Virus record (IMG/VR): IMGVR_UViG_3300014204_000145
Span: 1 to 64,000 of that record
DNA: 64,000 bases
Source of the DNA: a virus
Taxonomy: Duplodnaviria; Caudoviricetes
Strand: one strand, 5' to 3'
Shown: piece after piece, positions 19,341 through 29,141 of the stretch
Layout of the letters: each line of letters starts with the position of its first letter
How positions within the stretch are numbered: position 1 is the first letter of the stretch
Program-made: the position numbers and the translations under genes
The notes under the pieces: generated by a model
The model's database searches: none
What the model saw: only the letters and a program-made list of their open reading frames with translations
What the model was told of the DNA's origin: nothing

Positions 19341-20333
19341 TCAGGGTTTAAAATTCTTAAACCTGTTTATAGTCTTTATGAACTCTTGAGGCCCTTCTTT
19401 TTCTACGAAATCTGAAGGGTCTTTGGAACCATAATTAAAACTGTTGAAACGACCATTAGTTAAAAATAGAGGTTGTATATTATATAATTTTCTCATCTTA
19501 TTGGCTGAGCGTATGCCAGTTAAGTCGAAATCATACATAGAGTAAACATTCTTAAAACGTTTTGAAAAGTCTATATACTGTTCTTCATTGATAATTTGAG
19601 ACTCTGCTTGAGGTGCAACTGCAGCAATACCGAAATTATAAAGTGTCATTACATCTTTATAGGATTTAGTAATAATTAAATTATTACCTTCTTTAGGTAT
19701 TTTATTATAACCTTGTAAGCAAGTTGCTTCACACATAAAACGCATCTTTTTCTTTTCTCTACAAGGAAAGTATATCTTAAACTCTTCTTGATTGAAAACA
19801 TAAACATATGCAAGGTCTAGTTTGTTATTACTATAACATAGACTAGAATCTACCCATATACGTTTTACAGGATAAACTTGAAAATAGGACAATAACTCTT
19901 GGGTAATATAATACTTACTCCAATATTTTAAGTCGTCTTCAGTCCATTCACGTATTTCATAATTTATCGTCTTTTTTCTATTCTTTGTTTTTACTTCTCT
20001 TTCTTCTTTTTTTATAATTTTTACCTCTCGTGTTACATCTAATAGTTTGAAGTCTGTTGCTATAATTTGTAGTGCTTCTTGAAAAGAACAACTATTAATA
20101 AGTTGTACTACATCATAACAATCTCCCCAAAAATGACCTGAGAAATCTTTAAATAAAAGTTTGTCCTTTTTAGAGTAGTAGAACCTACAAGTAGGATTCA
20201 TATCTACTCTAAGTGGGGAACAAATCAAATTACCTAAAGTAACAGGTATATCCAAATAGTAAGAAAAGATTTCCTCTGCGGAAACCCTTTCTTCTATCCA
20301 ATCTTGTGTTACATCAGGTATAAGCTGAAACAT
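19341..20333 (-). CDS. dnaG: DNA primase (zinc-binding + TOPRIM)
   Basis: CSPLRVDMNPTC, FKDFSG…GDC, ITKSYKDVM, YDFDLTG, KDPSDF motifs typical of crAss-like primases. Confidence 0.85.
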   Translation of the reverse strand: MFQLIPDVTQDWIEERVSAEEIFSYYLDIPVTLGNLICSPLRVDMNPTCRFYYSKKDKLLFKDFSGHFWGDCYDVVQLINSCSFQEALQIIATDFKLLDVTREVKIIKKEEREVKTKNRKKTINYEIREWTEDDLKYWSKYYITQELLSYFQVYPVKRIWVDSSLCYSNNKLDLAYVYVFNQEEFKIYFPCREKKKMRFMCEATCLQGYNKIPKEGNNLIITKSYKDVMTLYNFGIAAVAPQAESQIINEEQYIDFSKRFKNVYSMYDFDLTGIRSANKMRKLYNIQPLFLTNGRFNSFNYGSKDPSDFVEKEGPQEFIKTINRFKNFKP

Positions 20334-20342
20334 CTCTTCTAA

Positions 20343-21074
20343 TTAAAAAGGTAAATTATCAGTAGCAGTTTCTGGCGTAGGTGTTGGAGCAATTGCACCT
20401 GAACCTGCTACAGGTTTAGCACCTATCGCAGCGATATCTGCACCAAAGCTGAAATCAGGAGCATCAGGAATAGTTGCTTCAAATTGTGGTAGGGGACTAG
20501 CACCTGCAAAAGCTGTTGTTGAACTTTGTCTTACTGCACTAGGTATAATATTATCATAAGGTTTTTGTGTAGTAGGATTGATTTTAGTATCTAATTTTAA
20601 AACACGATTAGGTGTTAAATCAGTAGTAATAAAATCAGGAAACAAAGGAAATGAATTTTTATCACTATCATTTAAGATAACTTTAATTCTACAAGGAACG
20701 GATTTTGTTAATGTAGGATTTAAAGCTCTCATTAAGATTGTAGCAAAAGCTTTCCAAGTTTCTCCTTTTATTAAAGGTATTTTCTCTGCAGGAATATATG
20801 CTGCTATAATGTGTTTAACTTGTGCTAAAGCTCTTTCTGCTTTCAGAGGAGTATATTTAGCATCTTTAGGGTCGAATTTGTTAGCGTACGCTATAAATGA
20901 AAACTCACCTGTGTTACCTGCATCAGTTCCTGTGAATAGGAATTGAACATTTTCTGTAACATTACCGTCTTTATCTGTATAGAATTCTACTTTAGATAAA
21001 ATTGCATTACTGATACCAGGATTTAAAGATTTCCAAGACGTGTTTTCACTTTGTACTGTTGATAAATCAAACAT
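20343..21074 (-). CDS. Single-stranded DNA-binding protein (putative)
   Basis: Flexible Pro/Ala tail ending DNLPF; lies between primase and ATPase. Confidence 0.6.
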   Translation of the reverse strand: MFDLSTVQSENTSWKSLNPGISNAILSKVEFYTDKDGNVTENVQFLFTGTDAGNTGEFSFIAYANKFDPKDAKYTPLKAERALAQVKHIIAAYIPAEKIPLIKGETWKAFATILMRALNPTLTKSVPCRIKVILNDSDKNSFPLFPDFITTDLTPNRVLKLDTKINPTTQKPYDNIIPSAVRQSSTTAFAGASPLPQFEATIPDAPDFSFGADIAAIGAKPVAGSGAIAPTPTPETATDNLPF

Positions 21075-21103
21075 AATAAATGTATTAAATTGTTAATAAT
21101 TTT

Positions 21104-21134
21104 AAAAGGGGAGTAAAGATAATCCTTTACTCCC
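21104..21134 (-). terminator. Intrinsic terminator/hairpin between ATPase and SSB
   Basis: GGGAGTAAAG-ATAATC-CTTTACTCCC 10-bp stem; AAAA on the left (U-tract on minus strand). Confidence 0.65.
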
Positions 21135-21155
21135 ATAAATAATAATAATATCTTA

Positions 21156-21860
21156 TTAAATATTATAATATTTTCTAATAGTATCATCTACAAGACGTAA
21201 GCTATTAGGTATCTCAAAATCTGCAAACATTCCTATTGGAGTTTTTGCAGTTGAGTTTTGTGCTTTTGTTTGAAAGAAAAATTTATTTCCTCCCATACCA
21301 TCACATTCTATTCTAGTCATAAGAACTAAAGGATAGAAACCTTCAGGCATTTGTTTTTTACTTTTCTTACCTGAAACAGCTAAAACCTTTTTCTCTACAC
21401 CATCTACATCAGTCATAAGCTCTACGTGACCCATAATATAAGCTATTTGGTCAGGACGTAGTAACGTATTGCAAAGGGTGTTTATCTCAAGAAGGTCTTG
21501 AGCTAAGTCCGCCCATTGGTCGTATGTCATGCGTTGCCTGCTATTATACTCTTTATGAGCTAGGTACAAGTTGATAGTATCGAAAGAAATAGACTTTATT
21601 GTAAGTGTTTTAGCACAATGTTGTATACACGCTCTTATATCTGCTATTTCTGAAGTTTCTAGGTAATTGCCTTTTTCTTTAGCCCACATCCCTGCAGGGA
21701 AAGGTAAGGTTTTTCTATCTAAATTTATGATAAAGTGGGAACTTGGATTCATTCCTTTATACCCATCTTTAGTGAACTCGTAAGTTCCATCAGGGTTTAT
21801 TATTGTACTTGTGGTTTTTCCGTCTCCCGACATACCAAAAATACCGCATATTACTGCCAT
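21156..21860 (-). CDS. AAA_24/Sak4-like P-loop ATPase
   Basis: Walker A GMSGDGKTT, Walker B ISFDT, GHVE and AKTPIGMF motifs. Confidence 0.75.
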   Translation of the reverse strand: MAVICGIFGMSGDGKTTSTIINPDGTYEFTKDGYKGMNPSSHFIINLDRKTLPFPAGMWAKEKGNYLETSEIADIRACIQHCAKTLTIKSISFDTINLYLAHKEYNSRQRMTYDQWADLAQDLLEINTLCNTLLRPDQIAYIMGHVELMTDVDGVEKKVLAVSGKKSKKQMPEGFYPLVLMTRIECDGMGGNKFFFQTKAQNSTAKTPIGMFADFEIPNSLRLVDDTIRKYYNI

Positions 21861-21883
21861 AATTATTTTTTATTAAATTTATA

Positions 21884-22936
21884 CTAGTGAGTCTTGTACT
21901 CACATTCTCCAGTTTCTCTAAACTGGGTGACTAATTTTTGAAAGATGTCTAAAGGCATTTCATCAAAATCAAACCTGTGCAAATTATTCCATAAAGGTAT
22001 TGTTAAATCAGAAGGCCCTGAGCGTTGTTTTACAAGTTCAAAATACGCCATTTGCATAACCCTATCTCCAATTTTAATTCTTGTAGGATAACTGTTATTA
22101 GTATAACTACTTAAATTAAGTTTAGCAGGGATATGGCTAAATATACAATAGTCTACACATTGTTCTATGCTTGATGCCCCAAACAAATCGCTTGTGGACG
22201 GTCTGTGCAAATCAGGGTTTTTGATACGGTCTATTGAACGAATATCTCTGTTCATTTGAGATAAAACTATTCCAATAGAATACCCCCCATCTGCAGCAAT
22301 AGCTTTTTTAACATGTACTAAAGCATACATAAGCTCATCTACTCTTTCTTTTTCACTTGCTCCTGAACGACCTTTAGTTAATAAAGCATGGTCTATTTCA
22401 TAAACCAAACCTCTACCAAAAGGTTTACATTCATTTTCATAATAATACATTAAACTGTCAGCTATGTGTTGAGCTGAACTAGGTGTTTCTATAAACCATG
22501 TGTTGTCTCTTGCTGCAAGTTCTTTATAGTAACTCTTTAAAAACTCCATATCAGAATCTGTTAAAGGTTCTTCTACAGAATATAGTTTTTTCAAAGATAT
22601 ACCTGAAGATGAAACTATCGAACGAGCTTGTTGTGCTGAAGCTAGCATTTCAAAATTAAAGATGTACTGATTAAACTTCATTGTAGGGTTTAAAGCATAT
22701 AAAGAATCTCTAAAACACTTACCTAAGGTAGATTTACCACCTCCTGATAAAGCTGATATACATGTTATAGTAGAAGGCTCTATACCACCCAATAAATAAT
22801 TGTCTAACCTTGCAAACTTTGTTTTTAAAGAAGTTATAAGACCTTTACGTCTGTCATCAACATATTTATAACTTTCTATAGCAGCATCTCTTGATGATAC
22901 TTTAGATAGTATACCACTACCCGAGGGAAACATCAC
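21884..22936 (-). CDS. dnaB: DnaB-like replicative helicase
   Basis: Walker A ALSGGGKST, FNFEM, IDH, LSQMNRDI, SDLFGASSIEQ, KQRSG. Confidence 0.85.
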   Translation of the reverse strand: MMFPSGSGILSKVSSRDAAIESYKYVDDRRKGLITSLKTKFARLDNYLLGGIEPSTITCISALSGGGKSTLGKCFRDSLYALNPTMKFNQYIFNFEMLASAQQARSIVSSSGISLKKLYSVEEPLTDSDMEFLKSYYKELAARDNTWFIETPSSAQHIADSLMYYYENECKPFGRGLVYEIDHALLTKGRSGASEKERVDELMYALVHVKKAIAADGGYSIGIVLSQMNRDIRSIDRIKNPDLHRPSTSDLFGASSIEQCVDYCIFSHIPAKLNLSSYTNNSYPTRIKIGDRVMQMAYFELVKQRSGPSDLTIPLWNNLHRFDFDEMPLDIFQKLVTQFRETGECEYKTH

Positions 22937-23507
22937 TAATATTCTTAGGTGTTACTTTTAACCTCAACTGTCGTATATACAACCAATATTTAGTTGCTAT
23001 AAACTGTTTTAAGCCTATTTGTAGAGCTTTATTCTTTACAGCCCATTCGATGTCTGCTAAGACTTCTTCGTGCTCTTCTCTACGCTTTCCTATAGCTTTT
23101 AAATAGTCTTTAGCTATCTCATCTGCCGAAGCATTTTTAGCAAAGAATTTAAAACTAGTAGTTTCTAATTCGTAAGGATAGGCATCAAATATCTCTGAGG
23201 GCATACCTGTAACTTGTAACATAAATTTCTTCTGATATTTTGGATTAATCTCAAAATCAGAATAAAATATTTTACCGCTTTTATCATTCAAATTAATTAT
23301 TATATCCCTAGCCACAAGGTCTAATAATTCTTCTGCCGAGAGAGGGCATAAATGTTGAAACTCTAAACTTATAGCATAACTCTCCCTTTGCCATTCTCTC
23401 TCTTCTCGAGAGTAATCTCTAACCAACATCTTAATAAACATAAGTTGGTTGACATTAACTTTTAAGTCTTTAATAAGACCTAAATCTTCTTTTACTGTAA
23501 ACAGCAT
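22917..23507 (-). CDS. Hypothetical protein, possible helicase loader/replication factor
   Basis: 196 aa; overlaps the DnaB start by 20 nt; function inferred from position only. Confidence 0.5.
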   Translation of the reverse strand: MLFTVKEDLGLIKDLKVNVNQLMFIKMLVRDYSREEREWQRESYAISLEFQHLCPLSAEELLDLVARDIIINLNDKSGKIFYSDFEINPKYQKKFMLQVTGMPSEIFDAYPYELETTSFKFFAKNASADEIAKDYLKAIGKRREEHEEVLADIEWAVKNKALQIGLKQFIATKYWLYIRQLRLKVTPKNISDVSLG

Positions 23508-23647
23508 ACTTTCAATTTTAATTTACTCTCTATTACTTTTATTCAGTATACCTCATCATTTAGGGTTTAATACTATTATAAAATACGTACTTTTGAGTGA
23601 TTCAACATTATTTTATTTATGTTGAACTTTGTAATAAATTTAGTGTT

Positions 23648-25177
23648 CTAATCGTTACCTCCAATAGATAACTTGCTTTTAAAAGAATTGTCTTCTCTGT
23701 CCTTAATTATTTCTCTGAGCATTTCTTTAAGTTCATCCAAATCATTTACCCATATAGGTCTATCTGGATTGTGTTTTTGAGCTTTTCTTAATTTTTGTTC
23801 ATCTCGGGAATTAGGTACGCTCCAATCAGGTACATATAAGTTTACGAACACTTTTGTAACGTGTTTACCATTTTCAAGATAAACTCTTCCTGTTCGCCCA
23901 CTTCGCTGAGACTGCTGTGCAGGGTTTTCAGACCTTGAACTAGTTATACCCAACCTTGCATCAGGAATATCTATACCTTGGTCTAAAGCTTTCGCACAAA
24001 TAAGATTTCGTATCTTACCTTTGATAAATAAATTAAGATTGTCTTTAGCTACCTTAGTACCTGGAAAACCTTTAGGTTCTTGCCAAATTACTGTATAACC
24101 ATTTGAACTTTGTTGATATCTCGCAGGAAAGTCTTTTGAAAGACACTCTTGTCTTTTCTTTTCTGCAGAAGCCTCTCTTTTAAATAATTTTGTCTTTTCA
24201 ACAAATCTTGTTTCTGAAGCAAGGGAAGAGTGATAAACTTTCGTATTATCTCCTAACCTTTTTGCCAACTCATCTGCAAATGCAGTTGATTGAGAAAACG
24301 TGATTGTGCGAACATTAAACTCATTAATAAGTTCATATGCCGCTTTTATCTTATGCTCTGTATTATCTAAGAAATCTTTTCTTCTGTGAATTAAACGAAT
24401 TCCTTGTGTCGCCCATTTGAGGACATCTGTATAGGAGTATTTATCTTCGTCATTCTGTGAACCTTGATTAAGGTAATTAGCATAATTAATAGCGTTTGCT
24501 CTGTTCATACACCGTAGCATGTTATCAAAGTCTCCAAATCTAGACATAAAATATCTAATTTGTTTACCTAATTCTACTTGTGTATTGGCTTCTTCTCTTG
24601 TTATTGGAACTGCTAAATTAAATTCTATAAAATCTGAAATCCAACCGTTTTTAATAGCTTCCTTTTGTGTTATTGTATCTACTGTAGGAGCTATTGCATG
24701 CAGTAAGGCATGTCTTCCATCTAGACGTTCCATTGTACCTGTCAATCCTAAAAACCAACAATACTTAACTCTATCGAATACACGCTGAAATTTATCAGCA
24801 GGAGTTAAATGGACTTCATCTATAATTAATAAATCAACATTTCTTGTAAAGTTATTTTGGAGAGCTACTGTATTAATAACAAGTATTTCTACAGTAGTAT
24901 ATCCTCTTTGAGCTACAAGAGTATCCCATTGCTCTTTTAAAGATATTGTAGGTACTACAATTAATACCTTACCTCCAAAATAAGTCTTTGTTAAGTCTTT
25001 TTTAAAAAACTTGGCTAAAACTAGCATAGCAGCAGAAGTCTTGCCGACCCCTGGTGCATATACTAGAAAACCTTTACCTCGGTTTTTTATCCATTTCACG
25101 ACACCTCTTCTTATTCTATAGTATCTTTTACTATCAAAACTAGGATTTTCAGTGTCAAATCCTGTCATTGTTATCAT
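23648..25177 (-). CDS. Superfamily 2 helicase (DEAH)
   Basis: PGVGKT, IIDEVH, LGLTGT, LDQGIDIPD, QRSGRTGR motifs. Confidence 0.9.
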   Translation of the reverse strand: MITMTGFDTENPSFDSKRYYRIRRGVVKWIKNRGKGFLVYAPGVGKTSAAMLVLAKFFKKDLTKTYFGGKVLIVVPTISLKEQWDTLVAQRGYTTVEILVINTVALQNNFTRNVDLLIIDEVHLTPADKFQRVFDRVKYCWFLGLTGTMERLDGRHALLHAIAPTVDTITQKEAIKNGWISDFIEFNLAVPITREEANTQVELGKQIRYFMSRFGDFDNMLRCMNRANAINYANYLNQGSQNDEDKYSYTDVLKWATQGIRLIHRRKDFLDNTEHKIKAAYELINEFNVRTITFSQSTAFADELAKRLGDNTKVYHSSLASETRFVEKTKLFKREASAEKKRQECLSKDFPARYQQSSNGYTVIWQEPKGFPGTKVAKDNLNLFIKGKIRNLICAKALDQGIDIPDARLGITSSRSENPAQQSQRSGRTGRVYLENGKHVTKVFVNLYVPDWSVPNSRDEQKLRKAQKHNPDRPIWVNDLDELKEMLREIIKDREDNSFKSKLSIGGND

Positions 25178-25186
25178 ATACTTTTT

Positions 25187-25339
25187 TTAATGTACTGAGC
25201 CATAACTACTTCCAAATTCTTTTGAAATAGATATTTCTACGTTTAGTTTAAGTCTATCATTGACAGCTTTAATTGCTTCATCTAATATTTTAGATACTGA
25301 TTCTTTAGTGTGAGGTAAAGAGAAAGTTAGAAGACCTTC
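25187..25339 (-). CDS. polA: DNA polymerase family A, exon 2 (50 aa: EGLLTF…GSSYGSVH*)
   Basis: Not in ORF track; supplies the E of motif C HD^E and the PolA-type C-terminal G..Y...H end; in frame with exon 1 after splicing. Confidence 0.9.
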   Translation of the reverse strand, partial: EGLLTFSLPHTKESVSKILDEAIKAVNDRLKLNVEISISKEFGSSYGSVH

Positions 25340-25426
25340 CAATTTTCTTCACAACTGTTCGCTAAACAATTGCAGTTCTTCTATGAACTTCTTTATTTCT
25401 CAATAAAGGTGGGACTATATCTTGTG

Positions 25427-26131
25427 TTAAACCTCTTTTTTCAAAAGCCTTGAAAAAAGATGAGCATTTCTGCACTCAACACCGTTGCTTTTCAACTTCG
25501 CTTGAAGCTTACTCCATTTCTGGATAGTCTCTGAAGGCCACTGTTTATAAGAAAAACAATCTATTCTATGTCTATTCAAAATTTTTGCTATCTCAAAAGA
25601 TGCCATTCTGTTAAAATATAAATAACTAAAAACTCTACCATCTTTTTTCCTATCTTTTAAAATCTTAGGTTCGTAACCTATATATTCTTTAAAAAAAGGT
25701 AGAAAATATTTTATTTGGTCTTCCTCTGAAAAGGCGTGTGTATTTAAGTTATAAAAACCATTTTTATGATGTAATGAACCGTCGTCATAAAACCATAAAG
25801 CAACACCTAAATCATTTAATAAACTTAGTTTGATATCTGTTTTTACACTTTTTAAAAAGGCTAAGTCCATAGAAGTACTACAACTAAAAGAATGTATATC
25901 TCCTATTTTATAGCCTTTATTGATTCTTGTATTAATACCGCTTTTTCTTACCAAATCCCCTAGCAGTTCTATTTTATATTCTAAAAATTCTTTATGAATA
26001 GAGTTTGTACTAAACTGTGCGTGTCCTGAGAGAGCTGTTTTAAAACAACCATCTCCGAAAAAACCTGAGATTAGTACTTGTAATTGTTTTTCATTAAAAC
26101 CGTAACCCTGCTGATTGTCTATTTTATGCAT
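25427..26131 (-). CDS. Intron-encoded LAGLIDADG homing endonuclease (234 aa from ATG 26131)
   Basis: Two motifs LISGFFGDG and VALWFYDDG (LAGLIDADG_2 type). The track's TTG start at 26173 overlaps a promoter; ATG 26131 is preferred. Confidence 0.85.
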   Translation of the reverse strand: MHKIDNQQGYGFNEKQLQVLISGFFGDGCFKTALSGHAQFSTNSIHKEFLEYKIELLGDLVRKSGINTRINKGYKIGDIHSFSCSTSMDLAFLKSVKTDIKLSLLNDLGVALWFYDDGSLHHKNGFYNLNTHAFSEEDQIKYFLPFFKEYIGYEPKILKDRKKDGRVFSYLYFNRMASFEIAKILNRHRIDCFSYKQWPSETIQKWSKLQAKLKSNGVECRNAHLFSRLLKKEV

Positions 26132-26170
26132 AATATAAATTATTAATATCACGAACGACTCATGATAATG

Positions 26171-26178
26171 CAAATATA
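26171..26178 (-). promoter_or_regulatory. Intron-internal -7 promoter element (TATATTTG) for the homing endonuclease
   Basis: Exact TAnnTTTG, 39 nt upstream of the ATG at 26131. Confidence 0.6.
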
Positions 26179-26283
26179 TAATAATTTTTTAACATTCACA
26201 CCTATTCTTACGAATTATGTTGTAGTATTATTATTTTTAAGAGTTTCCAGCAATTAACAACGTTTATACACGACAAAGTTTCT

Positions 26284-28014
26284 ATCGTGGTATTCTAGAG
26301 CAATCTTTAAACCTCTTCTTTTTACCTCAAGTTGCAGACAATCAAACACATATGAGCCAGAACTCTGGTTTACGCTACTAAATAAGTCCTTCTCATTTTT
26401 AGCATATATCCAAAATTTTGAAATAGGATTAAAAACCCAAAGTTGTCTGTATACAGTTTTTGTTTGAAAAGAATTAGAAGCTTGTTTTACTGCTTTATTT
26501 CGTTGCCAATATAAAGTATGTAATTCTTTAGCTTCTTTAAAAGGTATTTTAGCTGTATCAGATATTTTCTGAGGCCCTGCTCCGTACACAGCCGCGAAGT
26601 TTGTGGTTTTCGCAGTACCTCTGATTTTCTTAATCCTTTTATAATTAATTTCTTCTTCTGTACTAGAAAACTTAAACTCTGTTTTTAACTCTTCTTTTTT
26701 AGCTTCCACATCTTTAAAAAACTGTTCATCTTCTAAAGTTAGTAAGCCACCTAAAACACCTAAATTAATATGAGGGTCAAAGCCAGGTACACGCATCTCT
26801 TGCACGTATTCAGGGTCATAATAATAAATATAATGTTGTTTAGTACTGTCCTCAAGAGCACAAATATCAAAACCACACATAGTAAAATTATTATTCTTAA
26901 CTTTTAAGCAATTCCTAATTTCTTTACCCCAAGGTTTATCTACTCCTACTAAGTTACAAATCGGTTTACGATGTTGCCAACGAAGAGTATTAGTAAAACC
27001 TGATGCTAAAGAATAGACTTTCCAATCTTCATCTACACATTCTATAAAACCTTCTAATAAGCCTAATCTATGTCTTAACATATATAAACTATCTAATTCT
27101 TCTAGAAAAGGATAATCATCAAACATATCCGTAATAGAAGAACAAAGACCTTGACCAAAAGGTAAAGATATTTGAGGTACTTTTTCTCCCTTTTCATTAT
27201 CCTTAAAAGTAATTGGTGTCCAACCTAATGAAAATAACCATTCTTTTAATTGTACTGAAGAGTTAGGATTACCTAAAGTATAAATAGTATCAGAATCTTC
27301 TGATAGACCTAGTAATTTTAGCTCTTGTTGCCATCTTTCACCTACAACAGATAAGCTACCATCTTTCTTATAAAGTACCTTAGGAGCCTTCTTAAGCACC
27401 TTCTTAGGCATTACTTGTGAAAGCTTATTAAATTTACCTTCTAAAAGAGGTGTAATCTTACTTATAGTATCTAAACAAAGATTAATATCTAAGTCTATAC
27501 CTATTTCTTCTCTGTCTCTTAAATTTTCTAATTTAAAGTTGAGGTAATTAATAAGATGTTGGTAGTTTCCTTTATACAACTCATTCAAATAGTCTTTAAA
27601 CTCTATATAAATTGTCTCATTTATTCTGACGTCTTGTTCACATCTATGAATATAGTCTTCTAAAGGAAGTTCTGTCCAACTTGTAATAAGAGGTTTAGGA
27701 ATACCTATTTCCTCTCCCCATTCTTCTAAACCATGTTTAATCTTTTGACAATGGAGATACCAAGATAAACCTATTGTATCTATTATATGCTTAGGTTGTT
27801 CTATTCCATATATTTTCTTTAATAAAGGAAAATCAAAAGGTATAATATAATGACCTATAAAGATTGCATCTTGTTTAAAAAATTCTATAATTTGACTCTT
27901 TTCTGTTAAAGTCCCTCTCTCTGCTGAATTTACAACTCTATATGAAAGACAGTAGATAGTTGAAGCAGATTTCAATAATCCATCTGCTTCAACATCAAAT
28001 ACTATCTCTTTCAT
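26284..28014 (-). CDS. polA: DNA polymerase family A (T7-like, 3'-5' exonuclease + polymerase), exon 1 (577 codons)
   Basis: FDVEADGL (ExoI), GFDICALED (motif A), AKTTNFAAVYGAG (motif B); ends …LEYHD. Spliced product 627 aa. Confidence 0.92.
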
Positions 28015-29141
28015 TATACTTCAATATATTCTGGTGTTTCAGAAAATTCTGCTGTACTTCCGTATATGACTTCTTCATAATCTTCATAAGCTGCATCCAT
28101 TTCGTCTTCTTCAATAACATTAGCTATCCAAAGTTCATATAGAATACTTTCAGCTTCCCAAGGGTCTAATTCTGTCATAATATTATAAAAATCAGAAATA
28201 GACCTTATGTCATAGTCTTTAGCAAGACCTTCTGCTAAGTAAGTCTTATCCACTATTTTATGTTCATCTAAAGATTTTTCAAAAGGAGTTTTTTCTTTTT
28301 TAGAATCCCAACTTGAACCATATCCATAGTCTGAATACCAATCATCTTCATAAAGACCATCATATTTATTGTATTTGGTACTAGTACCAAAAGTAGGTAC
28401 TGCATAAACTGGTTTTATGTAAGTAAAAGGATAAACATCTACTGCTGTTAATGCAATTTCAGTACAAAATTGAAGAGTTTCCTCTAATTCTTTTATACTA
28501 ACCGTTTCCATATTGGTATGAGGATTATAATATCCACAACTCATATTGAAACATGAAACACCTGCTTCTACATTAAATGCATCAGTAAAACCACCTACTA
28601 CCTCTTTTCTACCATGTTTTACTAGGATATCTTGTATAGCATTTAAAAAGTCTGCTGAAACTCTTTTTTGACCTGCGTAACTTGAAGCAAAATCTTTTGC
28701 TCCTTTTCTATCTACAGAACCTATAAAACGACAGTCTGAAAAGAAATTCTCATCAAAGTAACTTGAACCTATTCCACCTGTTTCTTCACAAGAGAAAAAT
28801 ACAACTTTAATTGCAGGAATAGTTTCTAACAACTTGATACACACGTAGATGCCCGATTTGTCATCTCCGCCCACACCTACTTGTTTTCCAAGGTTATCAA
28901 GAGCAAATAAACTATTATCTTTTTCATGAAGATGATACCCATTACAGTAAGTATGTACAGTATCTAAATGACAACAAAACATCGGATATGTTTTACTTTG
29001 TCCTTTAATAACTGAGATATTACCAAAATCATCTATATTATAGGGTAGCCCCATTTTAGTAAGTGTCTCTGTTATAAACAAAGCCATTTTTGTTTCATTA
29101 CCTGTTGAGGCAATTTGAAACACATCTTTCATTTTTATCAT
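28014..29141 (-). CDS. Zinc peptidase, M20/M28 family
   Basis: CHLDTVH, GGDDKSG, CEETG, GYYNPHT motifs; acidic C-terminal tail. Confidence 0.75.
   Translation of the reverse strand: MIKMKDVFQIASTGNETKMALFITETLTKMGLPYNIDDFGNISVIKGQSKTYPMFCCHLDTVHTYCNGYHLHEKDNSLFALDNLGKQVGVGGDDKSGIYVCIKLLETIPAIKVVFFSCEETGGIGSSYFDENFFSDCRFIGSVDRKGAKDFASSYAGQKRVSADFLNAIQDILVKHGRKEVVGGFTDAFNVEAGVSCFNMSCGYYNPHTNMETVSIKELEETLQFCTEIALTAVDVYPFTYIKPVYAVPTFGTSTKYNKYDGLYEDDWYSDYGYGSSWDSKKEKTPFEKSLDEHKIVDKTYLAEGLAKDYDIRSISDFYNIMTELDPWEAESILYELWIANVIEEDEMDAAYEDYEEVIYGSTAEFSETPEYIEV

Larger units (their letters stand above)
25340..26283 (-). mobile_element. Group I self-splicing intron (944 nt) in the DNA polymerase gene
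   Basis: 5' exon ends in U, paired U·G in P1 (CACGAU/GUCGUG); terminal omega-G at 25340; P AAUUGCUGGAAA (26244-26255), Q GACAAUCAGCAGG (26107-26119), R UUCAGAGACUAU (25524-25535), S AAGAUAUAGUCC (25412-25423); P7 GACUAU/AUAGUC. Confidence 0.95.

Noticed and set aside
26254-28014. DNA polymerase as a truncated pseudogene
   Set aside because: The missing C-terminus is present at 25187-25339 and joins in frame across a complete group I intron.
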